A stretch of DNA of 64,000 bases, taken from Mycobacteriales bacterium. Lineage in GTDB: Bacteria; Actinomycetota; Actinomycetes; Mycobacteriales; SCTD01. A program made the position numbers and the translations under genes. Below the pieces are notes generated by a model. It did not search any database. It saw only the letters and a list, made by a program, of their open reading frames with translations, and had not been told where the DNA came from. This document shows, piece by piece, positions 19,672 to 28,642 of the stretch. Position 1 is the stretch's first letter. Each line of letters opens with the position of its first letter. The stretch spans positions 9,706 through 73,705 of the forward strand of contig JBBSKF010000001.1 of the NCBI GenBank assembly GCA_038256525.1, in the 5' to 3' direction.

Positions 19672-21039
19672 GCTGCCCTGCCTCCACGGGCCGGTGATGG
19701 CGAAGGTGATGCCGGGCGACTGGATGTTCGCGAACAGCCAGTTGCCGTTCTTGGGCTCGAAGACCGCACCGCACCACTCCGCCCCGGTGTAGCTGCCGGG
19801 CGCGACGGCCGGTCTGCCGGGTACCCCGCCCGCCGGGATCACCACGGCGTTCTCCGCGAAGGGGAAGATCTCCCCACCCGGGGTGAGGCCGTGCAGGTAC
19901 TCCAGGCCGCTGCCGTCCTCGCACAGCACGAGCCCACCGCGGGGGCTGACGCAGATGTTGTCAGGCGCGTTCAGCACGCCGGCGCTGGGCGAGACGAAAA
20001 GCGCGCGGAACGTCTGGGCGCCCGGGTCGAGCGCGAAGATCTGGCCCTGACCCGCCGGGCCGCCGTTGGTCGACACGACGTAGACGACGCCGTTGCCGTA
20101 CCAGGCCCCCTCGCCGCGGGAGATGCGCGCGGCGCCCTTGGCTTCCACCTGTCGCCACGTCGACAGCTCGCCCGGCGCCCAGTCGGGATTGTCGACCTTC
20201 ACCCAGCCGCTGATCCTGGCGGTCGTCCCGGTCGTCCACGGCTTGGTGTCGGTCGTGCCCTCGAGCACCATCGCCTCGAGCAGGCCTTCGGTCATGTCAC
20301 CGGGCGTGGCCGGCGTGAAGCGGTAGAGCGCCGAGCTGCCGGCGTCCTCGGTGAGGTAGACGATGCCGGTCGCGGGGTCGATCGCAACCGCCTCGTGCGA
20401 GAAGCGGCCCATGGCCTTGAGCGGCGTGCCGCTGGCCTTGCCGTCGGCCGGGACGTCGAAGACGTAGCCGTGCCGGGTGCCGTCCGCCGAGACGAGCGTC
20501 GTCTCCTCGCAGGTCAGCCAACTGCCCCACGGGGTCGGGCCGCCGGCGCAGTTGCGGATGGTTCCGGACAGCGAGGCGTGATCGCGCACCAGCGCGCCGG
20601 CATCCGGGTCGAAGACCAGCGTCGTCGTGCCGCCGGCGCCAGCCGGGTCGTAGGTCGCATCGTCGGTGCCCGGGAGGAAGGGTGCGCCGGCGCCCTTCTC
20701 GTGGTTGCGCACCAGGTGGATACCGGCGTCAAGGCGGAACGCTGCCATGCCGTCGTGGGCCCCGGGCGTGGCGATGCCATCGGACATGACGTCGCCGGTC
20801 CAGCCGAAACTGAGGTATTCGAACCCGCGGGGAAGCTTGAGCAGCTCGAGCCCGGTGGTCTGGTCCCGCACCGGGGACAGCGGGCCGTAGCCCGCGCCCG
20901 AGACGGCCGGCTTCGCGCCGGCCATCCTGGCGGCGTAGGCCTCGAAGGGTCCGGCGAGGGCCACTGCGGCGGCGACGACGGCGGAGCGGCGGAACAACGT
21001 ACGACGATCAAGGCCCATGGGCTCGATCTCGGTGGACAT
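19666..21039 (-). CDS. Tat-secreted PhoX/DUF839-like phosphatase (short paralogue)
   Basis: Twin-arginine signal (DRRTLFRRSAVVAAAVALA). The beta-propeller-like body shares NCAGGPTPWGSWLTCEE with the larger PhoX at 22605. GGAGAG RBS. Confidence 0.7.
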   Translation of the reverse strand: MSTEIEPMGLDRRTLFRRSAVVAAAVALAGPFEAYAARMAGAKPAVSGAGYGPLSPVRDQTTGLELLKLPRGFEYLSFGWTGDVMSDGIATPGAHDGMAAFRLDAGIHLVRNHEKGAGAPFLPGTDDATYDPAGAGGTTTLVFDPDAGALVRDHASLSGTIRNCAGGPTPWGSWLTCEETTLVSADGTRHGYVFDVPADGKASGTPLKAMGRFSHEAVAIDPATGIVYLTEDAGSSALYRFTPATPGDMTEGLLEAMVLEGTTDTKPWTTGTTARISGWVKVDNPDWAPGELSTWRQVEAKGAARISRGEGAWYGNGVVYVVSTNGGPAGQGQIFALDPGAQTFRALFVSPSAGVLNAPDNICVSPRGGLVLCEDGSGLEYLHGLTPGGEIFPFAENAVVIPAGGVPGRPAVAPGSYTGAEWCGAVFEPKNGNWLFANIQSPGITFAITGPWRQGSL

Positions 21040-21170
21040 GTCTCTCCAGGGGGTGAGGGGTCAGCTAGACCTCTCCCACGCTGTCCATCGCTCCTGGCTC
21101 GCAGACGACGCCGAGGTGAACGTGGGGCAAAGTGCCGCCGAAGGCTGGGGGCGGGCCGGTCAGGGCGAGA

Positions 21171-22367
21171 TCAGGGCAGGGCGAGCATCTGGTCGAGCGC
21201 TGCCTTGGCGTAGCGCGCGGTCTCCGGCTCGACGGTGATCTGGTGAACGACCCGACCGGCGACCAGCGACTCGAGCGTCCACACCAGGTGCGGCAGGTCG
21301 ATGCGGTTCATCGTCGAGCAGAAGCAGACCGTCTTGTCGAGGTAGACGACGGTCTTGTCCGGGTGCGCCTTGGCAAGCCGGCGGACCAGGTTGAGCTCGG
21401 TACCGATCGCCCAGGAGCTGCCGGCGGGCGCGGCATCCAGGGTCTTGAGGATGAAGTCGGTCGAGCCGACGAGGTCCGCGGCCAGCACGACGTCGTGCCG
21501 GCACTCCGGGTGGACGAGGACGGTCACGCCGGGCACCCGCTCGCGCACCTCCCGGACCGATTCGACGGTGAAGCGACCGTGCACCGAGCAGTGGCCCTTC
21601 CACAGGATCACCGTGGCGTCGCGAAGCTGCTGGGCCGTGAGCCCGCCGCCGGGTCGGTGCGGGTCGTAGACGACGCAGTCCGAGAGGGCGAGGCCGAGCT
21701 CCCGGACGGCGGTGTTGCGGCCCAGGTGCTGGTCTGGCAGGAACAGGATCTTGCGGGGCCGGGTGGGGTCGTCGTGCGTCAGCGCCCACTCGAGCGCGCG
21801 GCGGGCGTTCGAGGACGTGCAGATGGTGCCGCCGTGCCGGCCGGTGAAGCCCTTGATGGCGGCGCTGGAGTTCATGTAGCTGACCGGGACGGTGTCCTCG
21901 GCGACTCCGGCGGCGAGCAGGTCCTCCCAGCACCGTTCGACCTGCTCGAAGCTGGCCATGTCGGCCATCGAGCACCCGGCGGCGAGGTCCGGCAGGAGCA
22001 CCGCCTGCTGCGGCCCGGTGAGGATGTCGGCCGCCTCGGCCATGAAGTGCACGCCGCAGAAGACGAGGAACTCCGCCTCCGGGCGGGCCGCGGCCTGCTG
22101 GGCGAGGCGGAAGCTGTCACCGGTGACGTCGGCGAAGGCGATCACCTCGTCGCGCTGGTAGTGGTGACCGAGCACGAACAGCCGGTCACCCAGGGTGGCC
22201 TTGGCGGCAGCTGCGCGGGCGACCAGTGTCGGGTCCGAGGCAGCCGGGAGCTCGCCCGGGCAGTCGACGCCGCGTTCGGAGTCCGGGTCGCTCTGCCGGC
22301 CGAGCAGCAGCAGGGCCAGCGGGGTCGGCTCGACACCGGGCATCAGATCGCGTGCGGTAGTCGTCAC
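21171..22367 (-). CDS. nadA: Quinolinate synthase
   Basis: VLGHHYQRDEV, VFCGVHFMAE and the C-terminal CSTMNRI-type cysteine region. The start is uncertain (GTG 22367, ATG 22343, or the track start at 22418). Confidence 0.85.
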   Translation of the reverse strand: MTTTARDLMPGVEPTPLALLLLGRQSDPDSERGVDCPGELPAASDPTLVARAAAAKATLGDRLFVLGHHYQRDEVIAFADVTGDSFRLAQQAAARPEAEFLVFCGVHFMAEAADILTGPQQAVLLPDLAAGCSMADMASFEQVERCWEDLLAAGVAEDTVPVSYMNSSAAIKGFTGRHGGTICTSSNARRALEWALTHDDPTRPRKILFLPDQHLGRNTAVRELGLALSDCVVYDPHRPGGGLTAQQLRDATVILWKGHCSVHGRFTVESVREVRERVPGVTVLVHPECRHDVVLAADLVGSTDFILKTLDAAPAGSSWAIGTELNLVRRLAKAHPDKTVVYLDKTVCFCSTMNRIDLPHLVWTLESLVAGRVVHQITVEPETARYAKAALDQMLALP

Positions 22368-22604
22368 GGGAGGGCCTCTCGTCCGGCGGCCGGGATAGCG
22401 TCGCACAGACGATAACACCTCGGACGACGGCAGCCTTCCCGGCGACGTCGGCGGGGGACGACGACGGGGTTCGCGCTGTCCCGTCCCGTTCCATCCCGGT
22501 TCACCGGCTGTTCAGACAATGGGGCAGGCCCCGCCACCTCCCCTGCCTACCGTCCGTCACACCCCGGCGGAACGGCCGCCGGAAGCGTTCAGGGGAGATG
22601 CTGC

Positions 22605-24581
22605 ATGACCGAGCTGACCGACCGACCCGCCGCGGCGCACGCCGACGCCGCGTTCGACGCCGACGACCTGCCGTCGAGTCCGGCCACCACGCCGCACTTC
22701 GCCGAGGTGGTGCAGTCGCGGATGTCGCGCCGGACGGTGCTGCAGGGCGGCATGCTGGCAGCGGCCGGCTTCCTGACCACCTCGCTGGTCGACACCCCCG
22801 CCGCGCAGGCCGCACCCGGGGCGAAGGGCCGGCCCGCCGTGCCCCCGAGCACCGGCCTGCTGGGCTTCACACCGATCCCGCCCGGTTACGGCGACGAGGT
22901 CGTCGTGCCGGAGGGCTACAGCGCGGTGCCGTTCATCCCGTGGGGGACGCCACTGCAGCCGAGCGGTCCGCGCTTCGTACCGGGCACGCCAGACCTGATC
23001 GGCACCGGCAACACCGCCGCCGAGCAGGAGCAGCAGGTCGGCATGCACCACGACGGGATGCACTTCTTCCCCCTCGGCGAGCGCAAGCAGGCGAGCCGGC
23101 ACGGCCTGCTCGTGGTCAACCACGAGTACACCGACGAGTACTACCTGCACACCGGCACGTTCACCGAGTTGACCCCCGAGCAGTACACCCCCGACATGGT
23201 GCGCAAGTCCCAGGCCGCGCACGGCGTCGGCGTCTACGAGGTGCGGGCCAACCGGCACGGCAGCTGGCGGCTGATGCCGTCGAAGCTCAACCGGCGGATC
23301 ACGGCCAACACGCCGATGACGTTCTCGGGCCCCGCCGCCGGCAGCCCGCTGCTGGTCACCGGCGCCCCGGCCGACGGCACCAACCCGGTCGGCACCATGA
23401 ACAACTGCGCGCACGGCTACACGCCGTGGGGCACGTACCTGACCTGCGAGGAGAACTTCAACGGCTACTTCCGGGTCGACGCCGGCGCCTACACCGCCTC
23501 CCAGCAGGCACTGAACTCGAGGTACGGCGTCGGCGGCGACCGCTTCAACTGGGCCACCCAGGACGACCGCTTCGTGGTGACCGCGGCCCGGCCGAACGAG
23601 CCGAACCGGTTCGGCTGGGTCGTCGAGATCGACCCCTTCGCGGCCTCCTCGACCCCCGTGAAGCGCACGGCGCTCGGTCGGATGAAGCACGAGGGCGCTT
23701 ACATCCACGTCGCCGACAACGGCCACGTCGTCGCCTACATGGGCGACGACCAGGTCAACGAGTACGCCTACAAGTTCGTCAGCGCCCGACCGTGGCGGAC
23801 CATGGTGCTCGCCGGCCAGAGCCCGCTCGACGAGGGCACCCTCTACGTCGGCCGGTTCAACGACGACGGAAGCGGCGCCTGGCTCCCGCTGGTGCACGGC
23901 ACCGGGCCGCTGACGACGGCGAACGGCTTCGCCGATCAGGGCGACGTCCTCGTCAGGACCCGGCAGGCCGCCGATGCGCTCGGCGCGACCCGCATGGACC
24001 GCCCGGAGTGGACCGCCGTCGATGAGCGGACCGGCATGGTCTATCTGACGCTGACCAACAACACCTCGAGCAGCAAGGTGGTCAACGCGGCCAACCCACG
24101 CAAGCCCAACCCCTGGGGTCAGATCATCCGTTGGGAGGAGCGGGGTGGGGACCACACCTCCACGTCGTTCCAGTGGGACCTGTTCCTGCTCGCCGGTCCG
24201 GGCGGGGGCGCCGACGGCTCGACTGTCGACACCGAGGACGCGTTCGGCTCACCCGACGGCCTCTGGGTCGACCCGGACAGCCGGGTGTGGATCCAGACCG
24301 ACGGCCGGCAGCCGGCAGCGGCCAACAACCAGATGCTCGCCGCCGCCCCGACCCCGCTGACCTCCCCGGCGCGGCCTGACGTGCGGCGCTTCCTGACCGG
24401 TGTCATCGGCTGCGAGGTCACCGGCGTCATCACCACACCCGACCAGCGCACGATGTTCATCAACCTGCAGCACCCCGGCGAGGACGGCGGAAGCACCTGG
24501 CCGCAGGACGACGGCCTCGCCACGCCGCGATCGGCGACCGTCGTTATCGTCAAGGACGACGGCGGCGTGATCGGCACCTGA
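22605..24581 (+). CDS. phoX: Tat-secreted alkaline phosphatase PhoX (DUF839)
   Basis: SRRTVLQGGMLAAAGF Tat signal, NCAHGYTPWGTYLTCEEN and PEWTAVD. AGGGGAG RBS 7 nt upstream of the start. Confidence 0.8.
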   Translation: MTELTDRPAAAHADAAFDADDLPSSPATTPHFAEVVQSRMSRRTVLQGGMLAAAGFLTTSLVDTPAAQAAPGAKGRPAVPPSTGLLGFTPIPPGYGDEVVVPEGYSAVPFIPWGTPLQPSGPRFVPGTPDLIGTGNTAAEQEQQVGMHHDGMHFFPLGERKQASRHGLLVVNHEYTDEYYLHTGTFTELTPEQYTPDMVRKSQAAHGVGVYEVRANRHGSWRLMPSKLNRRITANTPMTFSGPAAGSPLLVTGAPADGTNPVGTMNNCAHGYTPWGTYLTCEENFNGYFRVDAGAYTASQQALNSRYGVGGDRFNWATQDDRFVVTAARPNEPNRFGWVVEIDPFAASSTPVKRTALGRMKHEGAYIHVADNGHVVAYMGDDQVNEYAYKFVSARPWRTMVLAGQSPLDEGTLYVGRFNDDGSGAWLPLVHGTGPLTTANGFADQGDVLVRTRQAADALGATRMDRPEWTAVDERTGMVYLTLTNNTSSSKVVNAANPRKPNPWGQIIRWEERGGDHTSTSFQWDLFLLAGPGGGADGSTVDTEDAFGSPDGLWVDPDSRVWIQTDGRQPAAANNQMLAAAPTPLTSPARPDVRRFLTGVIGCEVTGVITTPDQRTMFINLQHPGEDGGSTWPQDDGLATPRSATVVIVKDDGGVIGT

Positions 24582-24660
24582 CCGCTGGTACGACGACCGA
24601 CGGCCCGCTGCGCTCCACGCGGCGGGCCGTTGGTCTGTCCCGTCTCACTAGGCTGACCGG

Positions 24661-25818
24661 GTGCGGGTCCTGATCGCCCCCGACGGCTTCGGGGGCACCC
24701 TGAGCCCGGTCGAAGCGGCCGAGGCCATCGCCGCCGGCTGGCGGACCGCGGCGCCGGACGACGACCTCGATCTCGCGCCGCTGTCCGACGGGGGCCCCGG
24801 CTTCGTCGAGGTGCTGGCCGCCGCGCGGCCGGGCGCGATCCGGCGAGCGGTCCGGGTGCAGGACGCCCTGGGCCGCCCGGTCCGGGCCGAGCTCCTGCTG
24901 GACGGCGCCACCGCCTACGTCGAGAGCGCTTCGGCCTGCGGCCTGCACCTGCTGACCGACGGTGAGCGAACCCCGAGAGCCACCACGACGTACGGGGTGG
25001 GGCAGCTGCTCACCGAGGCGCTCGAAGCCGGCGCAGGTCGCATCGTCGTCGGACTCGGCGGCAGCGCGACCAACGACGGCGGCGCCGGGATGCTGGCCGC
25101 GCTCGGGTTGGCCTGCCACGGCGCGGGCGGCGAGCGGCTGGCACCAGGCGGCGCAGCGCTGAGCGGGCTCGCCCGGCTCGCGGGTCGGCCAGATCCGCGG
25201 CTGGCCGACGTGGAGCTGATCGCCGCGACCGACGTCGACAGCCCGCTGCTCGGCCTGCGTGGGGCGTCTGCCGTCTTCGGACCGCAGAAGGGCTCGAGCC
25301 GCGAGGACGTCGCCCTGCTCGACGGCGCACTTCACCGCTTCGCCGATGTCCTCGAGGCGCACCTCGGGGTGTCGGTCCGCGAGCAGCAGGGCGCCGGCGC
25401 GGCCGGCGGCCTCGGCGCCGCGCTGCTCGCCCTGGGTGCCCGCCGCGAGTCGGGCATCTCGCTGGTCCAGCGACTCGTCGGCCTGCCGGCGCGGGTCGCC
25501 CGCGCTGAGCTCGTCGTCACGGGGGAGGGGACGCTCGACGGCTCCAGCCTGTCGGGCAAGGTGGTCTCAGGTGTCGCCGCGCTGGCTGCCGCCGAGGCAG
25601 TCGTCTGCCTGGTGCTTGCGGGCGCCGTACGGGTGGGTGGGCGCGAGCTGGCCGCAGCCGGCATCGAGGCGGCGTACTCGCTGGTCGAGCAGGTGGGGGT
25701 CGAGGCGGCCCTGCTCCGCCCGGCCGAGGAGCTCGCGGCGCTTGCGACCCGGGTCTCGAGGCAGTGGTCTCGGCCCGGACGTGCGACAGTGGAAGGGTCC
25801 GGGACGCCACCGTGTTGA
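24661..25818 (+). CDS. Glycerate kinase
   Basis: MRVLIAPDGFGGTLSPVEAAEAI, LSDGGPGF and GGSATNDGGAGML. Confidence 0.85.
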   Translation: MRVLIAPDGFGGTLSPVEAAEAIAAGWRTAAPDDDLDLAPLSDGGPGFVEVLAAARPGAIRRAVRVQDALGRPVRAELLLDGATAYVESASACGLHLLTDGERTPRATTTYGVGQLLTEALEAGAGRIVVGLGGSATNDGGAGMLAALGLACHGAGGERLAPGGAALSGLARLAGRPDPRLADVELIAATDVDSPLLGLRGASAVFGPQKGSSREDVALLDGALHRFADVLEAHLGVSVREQQGAGAAGGLGAALLALGARRESGISLVQRLVGLPARVARAELVVTGEGTLDGSSLSGKVVSGVAALAAAEAVVCLVLAGAVRVGGRELAAAGIEAAYSLVEQVGVEAALLRPAEELAALATRVSRQWSRPGRATVEGSGTPPC

Positions 25819-25868
25819 CTGGACGACACCCGTACGCGATTCCCCGCTCGCTCTCACCGGAGGCCCCG

Positions 25869-26246
25869 ATGACCGCCCCGCAGACCACTTCACCCGAGAC
25901 CGCCTCCGACACGGCTGTCGGCGTCGTGCTCAGCGACCCCGCCGCCGAGAAGGTCAAGGCGCTGCTCGCGCAGGAGGGCCGTGACGACCTCGCGCTGCGG
26001 GTCGCCGTGCAGCCCGGCGGCTGCTCCGGTCTGCGCTACCAGCTGTTCTTCGACGAGCGCTCACTCGACGGTGACGCGGTGCAGTCCTACGCCGACGGCA
26101 GCGTCCGGGTCGTCGTCGACCGGATGAGCGTGCCCTACCTCGCCGGCGCGACGATCGACTTCGTCGACACCATCGAGAAGCAGGGCTTCACCATCGACAA
26201 CCCCAACGCGGGCGGCTCCTGCGCCTGCGGCGAGTCCTTCCACTAG
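25869..26246 (+). CDS. erpA: HesB/IscA-family iron-sulfur cluster insertion protein
   Basis: GGCSGLRYQLFFD and the C-terminal GGSCACGESF cysteine motif. The ORF was trimmed to ATG 25869. Confidence 0.85.
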   Translation: MTAPQTTSPETASDTAVGVVLSDPAAEKVKALLAQEGRDDLALRVAVQPGGCSGLRYQLFFDERSLDGDAVQSYADGSVRVVVDRMSVPYLAGATIDFVDTIEKQGFTIDNPNAGGSCACGESFH

Positions 26247-26446
26247 CTGCCGTAGGCGCCGTAGCCCTCGAGTCGGGCGGCAACGGCCGCGCTGATGTCG
26301 ATGATCCCGCTGCCGGGAGCTGTCACGGGGCGGGTCGGACAGGGGGCGACGGCGCCGAGCACGATGGAGATCTCCCGGCAGTCCTCGACCAGGACGGAGA
26401 TCGAGTCGGCGTCCACGTCGGCGGGGACTGCTCGAGGCCGGGTCAT
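26243..26446 (-). CDS. 67-aa hypothetical protein, last gene of the KS/ACP/C25/DUF4157 operon
   Basis: By manual count, about 88% of third codon positions are G/C. It starts 17 nt after the stop of the upstream KS-like gene. No family is recognised. Its stop shares the CTAG tetranucleotide with the erpA stop. Confidence 0.5.
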   Translation of the reverse strand: MTRPRAVPADVDADSISVLVEDCREISIVLGAVAPCPTRPVTAPGSGIIDISAAVAARLEGYGAYGS

Positions 26447-26463
26447 GCCGCGACGATAGGCAG

Positions 26464-27171
26464 TTACCGGCGAGTACCCAAGCCGGCTCGGCGCGTCGCG
26501 GCGTGCAGCAGGGCGAGCAACCCGTCAGCGGCCTGGCAGTGTCCGGTGAGCGTGGTGACCGACTCGGCCGCTGCCGGGTCCGCGAGCTCGAAGAGCACAG
26601 GCCGGCTGGGCGCTCGTTCGAGCAGCAGCGCCACCGCCGCCTCGCCCGGAGTCGGGCCGTCCGGGGCGAGCCCGGCGAGCACGGTCGGGTCGAGCGCGTC
26701 GGCCCCGACGGCCAGGGCCGCGTCGCTCCGTCCGGTCAGCAGCAGCCGCGAGGCCTCCGTGAGGGCGTCCAGTCCGGCGTTCGGCCCGCACAGCGTCAGA
26801 TTGGGACCGGTGGGTCCGAGCAGTGCCGCCAGCTGCCCGGCATGCACGCTCAACACCGTGTTGGGGAAGGCCATCGGAAAGACCCGGTCGGGGCCCTGCT
26901 CGGCGGCGACCTGCACGAAGGCGGCCAGCGGGTCGACGCTCGCCCACCGGGTCCCGAGCACGATCGCGCACCGCGCCGCCGCGACCGGTATCCCGGCGGT
27001 GCCGAGCGCGTCGGCGCACGCCACCATGGCGAGCCGCGCGGTGCGCGACAGGGGCCGCAGTCCCCGCATCTGCAGGGCGCCGTGCAGCACGTCGTCGGGC
27101 ACCCGCCCTGAGGCCGGCGCTGCACCGAAGCTGCCACGGCCACCTGCGTACAGCAGGCCGACCCCGGTCAC
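26464..27171 (-). CDS. Truncated beta-ketoacyl synthase N-terminal-like protein (CLF-like, no catalytic Cys or His)
   Basis: About 235 aa that align with only the N-terminal KS half. The position of the KS GGACAAG motif reads CGPNAG, and the C-terminal His-His half is absent. GTGA start/stop overlap with the upstream KS at 27168-27171. Confidence 0.65.
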   Translation of the reverse strand: MTGVGLLYAGGRGSFGAAPASGRVPDDVLHGALQMRGLRPLSRTARLAMVACADALGTAGIPVAAARCAIVLGTRWASVDPLAAFVQVAAEQGPDRVFPMAFPNTVLSVHAGQLAALLGPTGPNLTLCGPNAGLDALTEASRLLLTGRSDAALAVGADALDPTVLAGLAPDGPTPGEAAVALLLERAPSRPVLFELADPAAAESVTTLTGHCQAADGLLALLHAATRRAGLGTRR

Positions 27172-28403
27172 GAACACGGTGACCAGCCGGGGGCGGCCAG
27201 GACCGTGACGACGTCGATGCCGCCGAAGGCGTACGCCTGGTTGGCGATGATCCGCAGCGGTGCCTCGCGCGGTTCGTCCGGCACGATGTCCCAGTCCAGG
27301 GCCGGGTCCTGCTCGCCGGCGTGCCAGGTCGGCGGGATCACCTGCTGCTGCAGCGCGAGCACCGACAGCACTGCTTCGACGGCGCTGGCCGCACCGAGGC
27401 CGTGGCCGGTGAGCGACTTCACCGATGACGCTGGCGGACGAGGCCCGTCACCGAAAACCATATGCAGCGCGGCGATCTCAGCGGCGTCGTTCGCCGGAGT
27501 GCCCGTGCCGTGCGCGCAGACCCAGTCGACGTCGCATCGGTCGACCCGAGCATCCTCGATGGCGGAGCGCAGAGCTGCGGCCGCGCCCGCGCCCGAGGGC
27601 AGCGGCGCGGTCGGATGGTGGGCGTCGCAGGCGTGGCCCGCGCCGGCCAGCACGGCGAGCTCCTCGGCGCCCCGGCCGGCGGCACTCGAGCGCCGCTCGA
27701 GCACCAGGAAGGCCGCACCCTCGCCGAGCACCAGCCCCTGCCGGTCGCGGCCGAACGGCCGGCAGCCGTCGCGGGCGAGCGCGCCGAGCTTGGCGAAGCC
27801 GGTGAACGCGGTCCGGCTGAACGCATCGACCCCGCCGGCGAGCACCCGTGTGTGTGCGCCGGACCGAAGGACATCCAAGCCCCAGGCGAGGGCCGAGTTT
27901 CCGGCTGCGCAGGCACCGCCCAGGGCCAGCACCCGACCGTCCGCGCCGACGTGTCTCGCGGTGTCTGCCGCAAGGACGTCAGGTGTGCCGGCCAGCAGCT
28001 CCGCCGCGCGGTGCGGCAGCGGTGGCCAGGCCCGGGCATCCTCCTCCGGCCAGGTCTCGATCCAGGTCGGTTCGCCCATCGTCGTGCCCACCGCCACCGC
28101 CAGACCGGCACCGTCCGAACCGGCGCCGGCGAGCGCATCCTCGGCCGCGAGCCGGGACAGCGCGGCCGCCCGGCCGACCATCGGCCGTCCGGCGCCGTCG
28201 CGGTAGGACGACGGCAGCAGCGCGGCGGGCACCTCGGCGCCCAGGCACGTCGCGTAGTCGCTCGTGGAGAACGACCGCACCGGCCGCACCCCGCTGCGGC
28301 CGGCCAGCACCGCATCCCACAGCGACGGTGCACCCCGGCCCAAGGCCGTCACCACGCCGATCCCGGTCACGACGACGGGATCGCGCCCGTCGGACCCGCT
28401 CAC
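27168..28403 (-). CDS. Beta-ketoacyl-ACP synthase (FabF/KAS II-like)
   Basis: PVVVTGIGVVTALG, active-site LGGACAAGNSAL, CDAHHPTAP, VCAHGTGTPANDAAE and KSLTGHGLGAASAVE. GTG 28403 overlaps the ACP stop (GTGA). The 125 codons of the track ORF upstream of this start were rejected. Confidence 0.85.
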   Translation of the reverse strand: MSGSDGRDPVVVTGIGVVTALGRGAPSLWDAVLAGRSGVRPVRSFSTSDYATCLGAEVPAALLPSSYRDGAGRPMVGRAAALSRLAAEDALAGAGSDGAGLAVAVGTTMGEPTWIETWPEEDARAWPPLPHRAAELLAGTPDVLAADTARHVGADGRVLALGGACAAGNSALAWGLDVLRSGAHTRVLAGGVDAFSRTAFTGFAKLGALARDGCRPFGRDRQGLVLGEGAAFLVLERRSSAAGRGAEELAVLAGAGHACDAHHPTAPLPSGAGAAAALRSAIEDARVDRCDVDWVCAHGTGTPANDAAEIAALHMVFGDGPRPPASSVKSLTGHGLGAASAVEAVLSVLALQQQVIPPTWHAGEQDPALDWDIVPDEPREAPLRIIANQAYAFGGIDVVTVLAAPGWSPCS

Positions 28404-28642
28404 CTGCGGGCGCCCAGCCGCTCCTCGGTCAACGCGGCGAGCGCGCGCAGCGTCGTCGCGCGGATCAGCGAGGCCTCGTCGTAACGGACGCCGAACCGTC
28501 CTTCGGCGTGCACGGCGATCTCCATGGCCATGAGCGAGTCGACATCGACCTGCTCGAACGGCGTGTCCAGGTCGACGTCGGCGGGGTCGAGCTCGGCGAT
28601 CTCGGCGACGAGCTCCCGCAGGGCGTCCTGCAGCGGGGTCAC
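28400..28642 (-). CDS. Acyl carrier protein
   Basis: 80 aa with VDVDSLMAMEI (DSL phosphopantetheine-attachment serine). GTG 28642 overlaps the upstream stop (GTGA). Confidence 0.8.
   Translation of the reverse strand: MTPLQDALRELVAEIAELDPADVDLDTPFEQVDVDSLMAMEIAVHAEGRFGVRYDEASLIRATTLRALAALTEERLGARR

Noticed and set aside
21132-22415. 427-aa plus-strand ORF antisense to nadA
   Set aside because: It has no recognisable motifs and a low-complexity R/G/A/V/D-rich composition. The opposite strand has clear quinolinate synthase motifs.
22557-24155. 532-aa minus-strand ORF antisense to phoX, plus the 475-aa +1 frame ORF at 22598-24025
   Set aside because: Both are shadow ORFs of the PhoX/DUF839 gene, which has a Tat signal, an RBS and conserved blocks.
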